A stretch of 64,000 bases of DNA, from positions 1 through 64,000 of the IMG/VR virus record IMGVR_UViG_3300038974_000417, one strand, 5' to 3'. Numbering within the stretch: the stretch's first letter is position 1; each line of letters opens with the position of its first letter. Below the pieces are notes generated by a model. That model saw only the letters and a list, made by a program, of their open reading frames with translations. It was not told the DNA's origin and did no database searches. Of this stretch, positions 55,060 through 64,000 are shown piece after piece. This DNA is from a virus. Its lineage: Duplodnaviria > Caudoviricetes. Made by a program: the position numbers and the translations under genes.

Positions 55060-56241
55060 ATGAGTTTAAGTAAGACTTATGAACAATTACAGGGCGCTGG
55101 TCGCACGTTTATTACTTTAGCAGAAGTGTATGACACTATGTCCCTTAAGCCTCTATCAGAAGAAGTAGATGTATTGATGCAACACAAGCCAGCCGGTAAA
55201 GTTGAGGAGTTTGAAATTTCAAACTCTCTTGCATCTAAATTTAAAAGAGAGATTCAACTCGAAAAACATTCTCTATCAGAAATAATAGAAAAATGGGTAA
55301 AATCAAGTGGGTGGACATCTCCTCATGCACGGAAACATCTTCCCGCAGCAATAGAATCTATAATATTAAATAGTGGCCTGGATCTATCAGACGATACTAC
55401 TATTACCAATATAGTAGAGGGTATAACTGCACTAATAACAAATAAAGAAAACATCGGTACCCTTTCACAGGCATTAGTAGATAAATCACCGAATCTAACT
55501 AGCTTTTTACTTAATACAATAAAGAAGTATGAGCCCGTCTCGGTACTAAATAGGCCAGATATTATAGATATAATGATTAAAGAATTACACTTTACAGAGG
55601 GTAATGTGGCAGTGGGGCCGGGTGAAGTATTTATCACTTTATTTAGTGAGGCAATTAATCCCTCAAAGGGAGATTTACAGATTAAGAATCCATTAACTGG
55701 TGATGAATTTAAAATTGAATTAAAAAGTGACGATGGTAGAGTTAGTAAAGAGGCCGCAATAGGAATTACTGCAGGTATGAAGGCCTTGGAGTCTGCTGTT
55801 GGAGGATTTAGTAAAATGGCCAGAGGTAGCTTTACCGAGCATTTCAATAAAATGCTGGAAGGACGCAATAAGATGACCAATATAAACAAGGCTATAGATA
55901 TTATATTATCATTTACAAATAATACCGATCGAGTGCCTGCAGATATTATAGAAAATTATATGCGTTCTTCTACTATATACGGAAGTGAATTAGCAGCCTC
56001 AGTAATAGGGGCTATACAAATCGCAGATTATCAATCAATTGAAGATTTTAAATATATAGTATATTTTAAGAGCAGTTCACCATATAGTCAGGTAGTACTA
56101 GGTCCGTTTACTGAAAATTATAATAACAACTTACAGGTAATATTAGACGATATTCATAAGCTAAAAATTATTCCTAATACCGGAGGTACAGGTAAGTATG
56201 GAGAGGGTGGGAGAGGAGGATTCCCCATGAGGGTCAAGTAA
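55060..56241 (+). CDS. putative PD-(D/E)XK nuclease-domain protein
   Basis: GPGEV...GDL...IELKS. Confidence 0.45.
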   Translation: MSLSKTYEQLQGAGRTFITLAEVYDTMSLKPLSEEVDVLMQHKPAGKVEEFEISNSLASKFKREIQLEKHSLSEIIEKWVKSSGWTSPHARKHLPAAIESIILNSGLDLSDDTTITNIVEGITALITNKENIGTLSQALVDKSPNLTSFLLNTIKKYEPVSVLNRPDIIDIMIKELHFTEGNVAVGPGEVFITLFSEAINPSKGDLQIKNPLTGDEFKIELKSDDGRVSKEAAIGITAGMKALESAVGGFSKMARGSFTEHFNKMLEGRNKMTNINKAIDIILSFTNNTDRVPADIIENYMRSSTIYGSELAASVIGAIQIADYQSIEDFKYIVYFKSSSPYSQVVLGPFTENYNNNLQVILDDIHKLKIIPNTGGTGKYGEGGRGGFPMRVK

Positions 56242-57110
56242 TGAAGACTTTTGAACAATATATCAAAGAAAATTTAGACGGTTTAGCGGTCGGTAAATCA
56301 ATTAAAGATTTTTATAATAAATACTATCCTACTAAAAAGATCAGCTTCGATAGTTTTAAGGACGATTTCAAGTGTAAGGTAGAGGAGGGTATATCTGTTG
56401 AATACGAACATACTCGTGAGAAAGAAATTGCCAGGAAAATAGCACTAGATCATCTATGGGAAGACCTAAATTACTATTACAAGCTCAAGAAGTTTGTTGA
56501 ACAAGCTCAAAAAACTGCAGTTATATCGTACGGTAGATTTAATCCACCGACAATAGCGCATGAAAAGCTTATTAGGACTCTATCAGAAACAGCTAAAGCA
56601 AATAACGCAGATGCATACCTAGTGCCCTCGCACAGCGACTTCTACACAGCCAAGGCCAAGGTCGACAGAGAAAAAAACCCACTGACCTTAAGAGAGAAGA
56701 TTAAGATATTATCTAATATAGTACCTAATAATGTTATTATATCAAGCGATGGTCGTACTCTAATAAACATATTGAAGATTCTATCTGAACAAGGATATAC
56801 AAATATAATTCAATTAGCAGGTTCGGATAGAATAGAGGAATTTAGAAATTTAATTAATAAATACAACAATGTTCCGGATAAAAGAGGTATAATAAATTTT
56901 GGATTTAAAGGATATGAATTAATTTCATCTGGTGATAGAGACCCCGACTCAGAGGGTACAATAGGAATGAGTGCCTCTAAGCTGAGAAAATTAGCTCGCG
57001 AAGGTAACTATGAAGAATTTGTAAAAGGTATGCCCCAATCACTTCAATCAAACGAATCCTTACTTAAAGAAATCTATAATATAATTAGAGAAAGATCTGC
57101 TAATAAATAA
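56241..57110 (+). CDS. HIGH-superfamily (cytidylyltransferase-like) nucleotidyltransferase with extra N-terminal domain
   Basis: YGRFNPPTIAH, KNPL, GSDR, MSASKLR; N-terminal GISVEYEH..IALDHL. Confidence 0.8.
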   Translation: MKTFEQYIKENLDGLAVGKSIKDFYNKYYPTKKISFDSFKDDFKCKVEEGISVEYEHTREKEIARKIALDHLWEDLNYYYKLKKFVEQAQKTAVISYGRFNPPTIAHEKLIRTLSETAKANNADAYLVPSHSDFYTAKAKVDREKNPLTLREKIKILSNIVPNNVIISSDGRTLINILKILSEQGYTNIIQLAGSDRIEEFRNLINKYNNVPDKRGIINFGFKGYELISSGDRDPDSEGTIGMSASKLRKLAREGNYEEFVKGMPQSLQSNESLLKEIYNIIRERSANK

Positions 57111-57164
57111 TTCGTGTTGAATACCTGAATGTCTTATAATATTATATAGATTAGGAGATATACG

Positions 57165-57782
57165 ATGATTATAAGAAAATTATTTAAATTTGAGGGTGCT
57201 CATATTGTTCGCGATTGTTCGTCTGATAGATGTAAGAAATCCATCCACGGTCACAGCTACATTGTAGAAGTTAAGCTTAAGGCCAGTCACTTAGATAACG
57301 CCGGAATGGTTTTGGATTTCGGTCTGATGAAGGGTACCATTAGAGATGTGATTGATTCATTCGACCATGCATATTCGCTATGGACTAAGGAGAATAATGA
57401 TTATAAAGAATTCATTAAAGCTCATAGCGAGCGGTGGATTGAAATGCCATGTTCGCCGACGGCCGAGCTATACTCGGTAATGTTTTATGCTATTATATAT
57501 AATATAATTAATAAAACACAATTTAATAATGGTGAGAAAAACATAATATTAGACTCTGTAAGAGTTCACGAGACGGACACAGGCTGGGCTGAAGCTGATT
57601 ATGATGATTATATTAATATATGGCTTCGTGGGGGGTATAGTATAAAACATATATTCTTTAGTCAGCAAATAAAGATGGAGTGGAAAGATACCAAAATGTG
57701 GGATAAACTTTTAGATGAAGATCCTAAATCCCCAGAAATGCCATTTATTAATCCTAAAATAACTCTATTATATAATAGTTGA
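57165..57782 (+). CDS. queD: 6-carboxy-tetrahydropterin synthase
   Basis: AH..C..HGHSY, VLDFG, FDH, PTAE, VHET. Confidence 0.88.
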   Translation: MIIRKLFKFEGAHIVRDCSSDRCKKSIHGHSYIVEVKLKASHLDNAGMVLDFGLMKGTIRDVIDSFDHAYSLWTKENNDYKEFIKAHSERWIEMPCSPTAELYSVMFYAIIYNIINKTQFNNGEKNIILDSVRVHETDTGWAEADYDDYINIWLRGGYSIKHIFFSQQIKMEWKDTKMWDKLLDEDPKSPEMPFINPKITLLYNS

Positions 57783-57810
57783 TTAAACTCCTGTACAGTT
57801 AAATATCTGT

Positions 57811-58092
57811 ATGAAAATTAATAGATATATAATTAGACTACCCAACTCAACACACCTTGAAACGATGAAGTTAGGTCAATTAATATTTTCAAACGAAGAA
57901 AATTTAGACGACTCACAATTAAGAGGATTTATAAGTAATATATTTACCAAAACTAAGTCAATAGAAATATGTTTATTTGAATCAATTACATTAGAAGAGT
58001 TGAAAGAACAAAAATGTGATATATTATATTATGAAGAAGATTACGATGTTCAGAAAAGATTTAAAGAAATAGGACCGTTTACAAGGAATTAA
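57811..58092 (+). CDS. hypothetical protein
   Basis: 93 aa between queD and queE. Confidence 0.5.
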   Translation: MKINRYIIRLPNSTHLETMKLGQLIFSNEENLDDSQLRGFISNIFTKTKSIEICLFESITLEELKEQKCDILYYEEDYDVQKRFKEIGPFTRN

Positions 58093-58093
58093 T

Positions 58094-58831
58094 ATGTTAA
58101 AACTAGCACCAGACAGCCCATTTTACTCAATTCAAGCGGAGGGTATATCAACTGGTATGCCTGCGGTTTTTATACGTACAACAGGTTGTAACTTCCAGTG
58201 CGGTCTCGATAGAAGTTCCCCAGGCACTTGGGTATGTGATAGTGAAAAGCTGTGGAAAAAAGGAACTGATTATACAAATGAGCAATTGGAACAAAAAATT
58301 ATTGACCTAGGTGAGTTACCTTCTGTACTTCTAGGCAAAACACATCTTGTGTGGACAGGTGGAGAGCCCACGCTACCCCCTAATTCTGCCGGTATACAGG
58401 AATTTTTGAGATACATTGATTTAAATCATCAAAATAATATGATATTTAATGAACTTGAAACCAATGGTAGCTTATTTTGTGAAGATTTAATACAAAAGAT
58501 TCAGCAGATTAATTGCTCTCCCAAGCTTTCCAATTCAGGAATATCAAAAGATCGAAGAATTAATACGGAATCAATTAAACAAATTATGAATCATAAGAAT
58601 TTTTGGTTTAAATTCGTAATAAGTACTGAGGATGACGTTCAAGAAATGATTAGAGACTATATATTACCCTTTAATATGCCTGCCGATAGAATAATTTTAA
58701 TGCCTGGGGTTGATAGACAGAGTGAAATAATAGAAAGAACCCAGTTCGCCATCGAGATGTCAAAGAAATATCACTATAGAATGTGTACGAGAGTTCAGAT
58801 TCTTTGCTATGACAAGGAAATAGCGAGGTAG
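58094..58831 (+). CDS. queE: 7-carboxy-7-deazaguanine synthase (radical SAM)
   Basis: SIQAEG, AVFIRTTGCNFQC..CDS, TGGEP, ETNG, SPKL, KFV. Confidence 0.9.
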   Translation: MLKLAPDSPFYSIQAEGISTGMPAVFIRTTGCNFQCGLDRSSPGTWVCDSEKLWKKGTDYTNEQLEQKIIDLGELPSVLLGKTHLVWTGGEPTLPPNSAGIQEFLRYIDLNHQNNMIFNELETNGSLFCEDLIQKIQQINCSPKLSNSGISKDRRINTESIKQIMNHKNFWFKFVISTEDDVQEMIRDYILPFNMPADRIILMPGVDRQSEIIERTQFAIEMSKKYHYRMCTRVQILCYDKEIAR

Positions 58832-58834
58832 TTA

Positions 58835-59308
58835 GTGAACAGACTCACTAAAATAGAGTATGGATGTCTAATAGCCTTGGCGGCTAGTGCAAGATCAGAG
58901 GATTTTACTACTAAAGTAGGGTGTGCAGTAGAAGATTATAGTGGAAAAATCATATCCACCGGGTATAACGGCCTGAAAAGTGGGTGTGACATGCAAAACA
59001 CACCGATTTTTACGCGAGAAGACAAACTAAAATATTTTATTCACGCAGAAACCAACGCTTTAAGCGAAATAGTTAAGAATCAAATCAAAACAATCTATAT
59101 AACTCACTCTCCCTGTCAATATTGTGCACAAAACATAGTAGCACACGGTATAAAAGAAGTAATTTATCTACAAGAGTATAATAACTGTAGTGCTTTTAAG
59201 GAAATATTTACTACTTTTGGTATTTTTCATCGAAAAATTACTGAAATCGAGAAAAATAATATATTAAATCATATGAATCAGTTAGTTTCACAGTTAACAA
59301 AGGAGTAA
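58835..59308 (+). CDS. dCMP deaminase
   Basis: RSED..KVGC, GYNG, HAE, PCxxC. Confidence 0.9.
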   Translation: MNRLTKIEYGCLIALAASARSEDFTTKVGCAVEDYSGKIISTGYNGLKSGCDMQNTPIFTREDKLKYFIHAETNALSEIVKNQIKTIYITHSPCQYCAQNIVAHGIKEVIYLQEYNNCSAFKEIFTTFGIFHRKITEIEKNNILNHMNQLVSQLTKE

Positions 59309-59311
59309 TTA

Positions 59312-59959
59312 ATGAGAATTGCAGTATCTGGTACATCTAATGTAGGTAAATCTACTTTTATACAGGATTTCATAAAGGAATTTCCAATGTACACAGCGAG
59401 TAAGGTGAATTATAGAGAACTAGTAAAAAGTAAAGGGCTCAGACTCAACAAAAAAGGATCCGAAGAGAGTCAAGAGATAATTCTCAATAGCCTGCTCGAC
59501 GAAGTAATGAATACCCCAGGTAATTGTAATATAATATTTGATAGATGTACGTTAGATAATATAGTTCATACGCTATGGATTAAGGAAAAGTATCCCAAGC
59601 GTATATCAGATGATTTTATACGTAAGTGCTTACATTTACATAAGCAAGCTACTAAATTTTATGATATTATATTTTTTATCCCAATAACTAAATACGACAA
59701 CATACCAATAGAATCAAAAGAGAATAGAGAAACTGATTTGATATACAGGGATGAAATAAATAATATTTTTAATGCAATAATAAAGACATATCACCAAAAA
59801 AGCTCTGGTTTTTTTGATATGAGAGACTGCCCCGCCATTATAGACATATTTGGATCCAGAGAAGAGCGTATTCAAATGACCAAATTTTATGTTAATCCTG
59901 ATACTGGTGATCAATATGATGAAAAAGACGACCTGATATCCAAGGCTATTATACAATAA
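59312..59959 (+). CDS. P-loop nucleotide kinase-like protein
   Basis: SGTSNVGKST, FDRC, YDIIFF; paralog of the kinase domain at 31850-32400. Confidence 0.75.
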   Translation: MRIAVSGTSNVGKSTFIQDFIKEFPMYTASKVNYRELVKSKGLRLNKKGSEESQEIILNSLLDEVMNTPGNCNIIFDRCTLDNIVHTLWIKEKYPKRISDDFIRKCLHLHKQATKFYDIIFFIPITKYDNIPIESKENRETDLIYRDEINNIFNAIIKTYHQKSSGFFDMRDCPAIIDIFGSREERIQMTKFYVNPDTGDQYDEKDDLISKAIIQ

Positions 59960-59962
59960 TTT

Positions 59963-60011
59963 GTGAACTACTGTTTGACTAAAGATCAATCGGTTTTCTC
60001 AGTCGAAGAAT
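59963..60011 (-). mobile_element. 49-bp single-hairpin IS200/IS605-type unit (E)
   Basis: TTAT|attcttcgactgagAAAA ccgattgatctttagtcaaacag tagttcac. Confidence 0.75.
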
Positions 60012-60042
60012 ATAAATATTCTCGGAGACTATAACCCGAGGA
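60011..60042 (+). promoter_or_regulatory. late promoter plus SD-sequestering hairpin
   Basis: TATAAATA 60011-18; ttctcgg 60019-25 pairs with ccgagga 60036-42, which contains GAGGA. Confidence 0.5.
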
Positions 60043-60050
60043 AACTATAT

Positions 60051-60965
60051 ATGAAATTTCACAAAATCTGTAATTTAACTATTAATGAAATGGCACGCGT
60101 CCCCAAAAGCGAGCAGTTTAATAAAGTGGAAATAAACACTGATATAGAGGTTACACCAGAAAAGGTAACCAATATTAAGATGTATCCCCCGCTAGATCAA
60201 TTCGATGATAATATTAAAGCAAAAATATTTAATTTTATTATCAAAGAATTAAAAGACGCAACCTTTGACGGGTACGAAGAACTATATAAGTTTGTCTCAG
60301 ATAAGATTAAAGAAGGTATTACAGCAGAAGGTGGTAAATATAATTCAACTAATTTACAATATACCACTCGAGTAGTGTTTAATATGCTAGGTCCCAATCG
60401 TCTGAAGGTAATTACTCCAGTAAAGGGTGATAAATCAGCTGATTTTGTGCAGCCTGCAGATGGAGATGTGGTAAGTCCAACGGATACAGCGGAAGTTGAA
60501 CCAGTGGACTCCGGAAATAAACGAGGTTTATATGTAATAGACAATGATATGTTTTTATCAGACGGCATAGATCGGCTACAGGGTCTTCACCCTGCAGTGC
60601 TTGAGGCACTCACAGTGTTTTTTGAAAATCATCATGGCGAAACCATGCCAGATATGAAGCTCAGATTAAGTATAGCCAGGGAAGTAGAAGATTCTCTCGG
60701 TGGAATAGATGAAAACATTAAAGATAAAATAATGAAAAGACTCAAGCAGGACAACATGGCTGGTCTTATAATAAATCTTAGAGCATCAAAAGCTATACAC
60801 TCCCCTAACGATAAAAAGAGGTCAGAAGACGAAGAGGTTCCGTTATTAGACATAGGAGAAGATGAACCAGAGGACATACTTTCGGCTGATGTTGAAAGAT
60901 TGACGGGTGGATATGGTCCGCGCCACGACGACTACGAAGTAAGTCGGATGAGTGAGTTTGAGTAG
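60051..60965 (+). CDS. hypothetical acidic protein with head-protein leader
   Basis: KFHKICNLTINE leader. Confidence 0.6.
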   Translation: MKFHKICNLTINEMARVPKSEQFNKVEINTDIEVTPEKVTNIKMYPPLDQFDDNIKAKIFNFIIKELKDATFDGYEELYKFVSDKIKEGITAEGGKYNSTNLQYTTRVVFNMLGPNRLKVITPVKGDKSADFVQPADGDVVSPTDTAEVEPVDSGNKRGLYVIDNDMFLSDGIDRLQGLHPAVLEALTVFFENHHGETMPDMKLRLSIAREVEDSLGGIDENIKDKIMKRLKQDNMAGLIINLRASKAIHSPNDKKRSEDEEVPLLDIGEDEPEDILSADVERLTGGYGPRHDDYEVSRMSEFE

Positions 60966-60977
60966 AGGAAAGTAACT

Positions 60978-62270
60978 ATGAATAATATATATCTAAAAGA
61001 ATTACAACTACAAGATCACCTAATAGAGCAAGCACCTCCCGTTACTCCACCTGCACAGCCTGCAGCTGCACCCGCTGCTTCACCATCGCCCGCAACACAG
61101 CCAGCCCCAGCAGCCAACCCCCCACCAGCCCCAGGACCAGAATCGACAGAGGAACCGACAGAGGCACCACCCATTCCTGAATCCACTAAAGCAGCTCTAT
61201 CAACACCTGATCCTACCTTCAATATGGACAAGCGTTATTATTTAAACATAGCCGGCAAGGATATGTCTCGTAAATTCGAATGGAAAAAGCTAAAAGATCA
61301 AGAACTAAGAGCAACCTTTGCAAGTACTTCTAATATAGCAAAAGCTATTCAAAACCTACAAAGATATGTAGACTCCATAGCCCCGGAAGGTGAAGATCAG
61401 TCAGCTGCTGAGTATCCAACCTCACCAACACCTCCACCGGCTCCCGCAGAAAGCTATGATATATACGCAGGCGGTAGTTTTACATCCTTGTTTGAGTATA
61501 TAATGTACGAACAAGCTCAAACAGAATCAGTTATTATTGACAATAGAAACGTTACAAAGCCACAGATACTACAAGGAGTATCTTACGTACTAAGTGATCC
61601 CGATAACGTCAAATCAGGTGTTTCAATAGATGAAGTACTAGATCAAGTAGTTGGTACAAATGAGTATTTCTTGAAGCTAAAAGAACAATTTGATCAAATA
61701 TATAGAGGTCAAATTAAAAATGTTATAAACAATAAGTTTATACCTGGTATAGGTACCATAGATCTTAATAAGCAAACCATTACCCCTGAAGCTCCTGCCG
61801 GTCAACCCGCGCCAGCTCCTATAACAATTAACATAGACGGCTTCATAACCACTCTCGGAGCAACAATGACAGAGGCGATAAGAAACGCAAATACCTCCGA
61901 TGAAATGATGAACGCCATAGATCCGGAGGTGTTTATAACTAAGCTGTATAACGACAAAGTAATAACTTCACCACCAGCACCCGCAGTAGCAGACATATTC
62001 AAGGATAAAGAAGGTACGGCTAAGTCCTATAGAATGAACTTCTTCAAGCCTATCTGTGATGCTCTAGGTAAAACTCAGAAGACTTCTCAGAGGAAGGTCA
62101 ATATTGAGCAGTGGTCTAATGTACACAAGATGATATTTGATAATCTATGTAATCCACCTAACGATTACGTGTTGTATCTTACAGAGGATCAGTGGAACGA
62201 TATTCTTCTAGGCGGGTCAAAGGTAGGATCAATTCTAGGCGCACTTACTGCAATAGCAAAGAACTTCTAA
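60978..62270 (+). CDS. hypothetical Pro/Ala-linker protein with head-protein-type cleavage motifs
   Basis: HLIEQ and FTSLFEYIMYEQ motifs; Pro/Ala linkers. Confidence 0.6.
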   Translation: MNNIYLKELQLQDHLIEQAPPVTPPAQPAAAPAASPSPATQPAPAANPPPAPGPESTEEPTEAPPIPESTKAALSTPDPTFNMDKRYYLNIAGKDMSRKFEWKKLKDQELRATFASTSNIAKAIQNLQRYVDSIAPEGEDQSAAEYPTSPTPPPAPAESYDIYAGGSFTSLFEYIMYEQAQTESVIIDNRNVTKPQILQGVSYVLSDPDNVKSGVSIDEVLDQVVGTNEYFLKLKEQFDQIYRGQIKNVINNKFIPGIGTIDLNKQTITPEAPAGQPAPAPITINIDGFITTLGATMTEAIRNANTSDEMMNAIDPEVFITKLYNDKVITSPPAPAVADIFKDKEGTAKSYRMNFFKPICDALGKTQKTSQRKVNIEQWSNVHKMIFDNLCNPPNDYVLYLTEDQWNDILLGGSKVGSILGALTAIAKNF

Positions 62271-63274
62271 AACTTAATACTACTCAACAAAGCTGAGACG
62301 GTATTAGTATTAGAGTTATTCAAAATAATATTATAGTCAAACTCATTAATATTATTCATTGTACAATATTTGTTGAAATCCTTGTATAATATATTATCAG
62401 GCCAGATAAACACCTTATAACCTTCAGATAATATTTCAAGAGTTTTCTTTTTGCTAGTAGCATCAACATGTTGATTATCCAAGCACCAGATAATTTCATG
62501 AGCAGGGAATTGCTGTAATTGCTTGAGCTGTAATTTGGTCATAGATGTACCACATACAGCTACTCCATTCTTAACAAACATAGCATCAATCGGTCCCTCT
62601 ACAACAAAGATATAAGGAAAATCTACATCAATACTATTTAATCCGAATACAGTCTTATCACTATATTGCTTGCTGAGATATTTAGGAGAATTATCATCCA
62701 ATATCCTTCTTGTTTGATAAAATGTAATATTATTATTTATATCATAAAATGGTATGCATAATCTATTTTTATGTATAAAATCATTCAGACTGACGTATAA
62801 TGCTATGGGCTTATTAATTGCTCTAGATAATCTTCTTTGTTTTATAATCTGTAAACATCTTCGAACTACTGGATTACTTTTATAAAACTTTACCTGATTT
62901 TTATCAAATAAATTAATACTATCTAATGGTAGAGATGGTATATTACGAGATGGCTTAGTATCTACTATAGAGTTTACATCCAAAACTGGCTTACCACTAT
63001 ATCCAGAATTAATTTCAGCTCTTATATCTTTATAAGACAAACCACAAACTTGTTTTATCCATCCCAAAGGGGACCAACCCTTATTACAATTATGGCAATA
63101 GAGTTGTTCCTTTTTAGGAAAATAAAATAATCTCTTCTTTCTACCCCAACTATTACCTTCTCTGCAGATCGGGCAGCACGCATTATAGGCCTTAATTCCT
63201 GGCTTATATACAGGAAACCCGGTATATTGAAAAAACTTAGTAATTACATACTGCTCCGGTACCCTAAAATTCAT
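62267..63274 (-). CDS. gp61: DNA primase
   Basis: CPIC..CHNC zinc finger; TOPRIM VVEGPIDAMF, LDN, KDFN. Confidence 0.92.
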   Translation of the reverse strand: MNFRVPEQYVITKFFQYTGFPVYKPGIKAYNACCPICREGNSWGRKKRLFYFPKKEQLYCHNCNKGWSPLGWIKQVCGLSYKDIRAEINSGYSGKPVLDVNSIVDTKPSRNIPSLPLDSINLFDKNQVKFYKSNPVVRRCLQIIKQRRLSRAINKPIALYVSLNDFIHKNRLCIPFYDINNNITFYQTRRILDDNSPKYLSKQYSDKTVFGLNSIDVDFPYIFVVEGPIDAMFVKNGVAVCGTSMTKLQLKQLQQFPAHEIIWCLDNQHVDATSKKKTLEILSEGYKVFIWPDNILYKDFNKYCTMNNINEFDYNIILNNSNTNTVSALLSSIKF

Positions 63275-63321
63275 ATTATTATAATATGCGATTATGAAGG
63301 AAATTCAATAAATATTTAACG

Positions 63322-63903
63322 ATGAATAAAACTGTATTGCTATCAACCAGAAGAGGTCCTAAGAAGCTGATTGGTACAAGGGTACATAAATCTAAAAAGG
63401 GACCAGGAAGTTACAAGAGATCTAAAGGAAAAACATTTATGAAACAAATGGATGAAAATAACAAGTATCGCAAATTCTTTAATATGCTATTAGAGCAAGA
63501 GAGTGATCCAACCGCATCAGAGGTACCGGCTGTAGATGCTACGCCAGAAGAAGATGAGGCTGCTCTTGAAAAGGGGCTGGATCCCGGAACTGCTCCTGAG
63601 GAATTTGACGTAAAGCCTGTTGATATAGGGATCCAATCTGGTATAGTCAATAAGATTAAAGAATTTATTACGAAGATTGAAGAATTTTCTAAGTTTCTTA
63701 ATGATGAAGCTGGTGACAGTGTTAATAAATTTATTAATGAAGCTGATAAAGAAGGTAGTATAGTAAAAGGTATATCTAGTGAGTCTAGTAAAGTTACTAC
63801 TGTTGCAGAGACTTTAGCTGGTCTAGCAGAAGCGTTTAAGGGTAGATTATTAGTAAGTCTTAGAAAGCATCGCGAGAATCAGGCGGCCATTCAAGAATTT
63901 TAA
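63322..63903 (+). CDS. hypothetical protein with ArfA-like basic N-terminus and head-protein motif
   Basis: RVHKSKKGPGSYKR; KFFNMLLEQ; AATAAATA 63307-14 upstream. Confidence 0.55.
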   Translation: MNKTVLLSTRRGPKKLIGTRVHKSKKGPGSYKRSKGKTFMKQMDENNKYRKFFNMLLEQESDPTASEVPAVDATPEEDEAALEKGLDPGTAPEEFDVKPVDIGIQSGIVNKIKEFITKIEEFSKFLNDEAGDSVNKFINEADKEGSIVKGISSESSKVTTVAETLAGLAEAFKGRLLVSLRKHRENQAAIQEF

Positions 63904-63924
63904 AAATAAATAAGGAGATACAAT

Positions 63925-64000
63925 ATGAATAAAGATGAAAAGATGATAATTGAAGCTTATTTAAATAGTAAAAAAGCTATTAATGAAGACCATAAAGAAG
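63925..64000 (+). CDS. partial ORF running off the window
   Basis: AAGGAG SD; MNKDEKMIIEAYLNSKKAINE. Confidence 0.55.
   Translation, partial: MNKDEKMIIEAYLNSKKAINEDHKE

Noticed and set aside
56975-56996. ctctaagctgagaaaattagc resembling the D/E leader
   Set aside because: lies in the conserved MSASKLRK coding motif; no target motif, hairpin or end
1-64000. Stop-codon reassignment, CRISPR array, tRNA genes
   Set aside because: core genes are full length in the standard code and end in TAA, TAG and TGA; no regularly spaced repeats or cloverleaf seen by eye (tRNAscan and CRISPR finders not run)

Overview
AT-rich fragment of a large T4-like myophage genome read in the standard genetic code. 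From left to right: small late genes; terminase large subunit with a class 3 intein; tail/baseplate module (gp3-like, sheath, Hef-like endonuclease, tube, gp54, gp26/gp51, tape measure, gp48, gp53, hub, gp5-like spike); a leftward replication/recombination block (gp45, gp32, gp59-like, DHH nuclease, gp41, formyltransferase-kinase fusion, DpdA/TGT-like protein, UvsX, gp43); six glycosyltransferases plus UDP-galactopyranose mutase around an inverted, separated gp46/gp47 pair; gp55, UvsW, UvsY; a late operon of proteins sharing a T4-like capsid-targeting/prohead-protease leader; queD, queE, dCMP deaminase, a kinase and primase. The most striking unannotated signal is a family of six non-coding IS200/IS605-type elements: two identical 291-bp omegaRNA-like copies, a right-end remnant, and three units of about 48 bp or less with a single hairpin. 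Four sit against the phage late-promoter motif, and their guide tetranucleotide covaries with the target motif. No tnpA, tnpB, tRNA or CRISPR array was seen in the window. All family assignments come from motif recognition by eye; no database searches were run.
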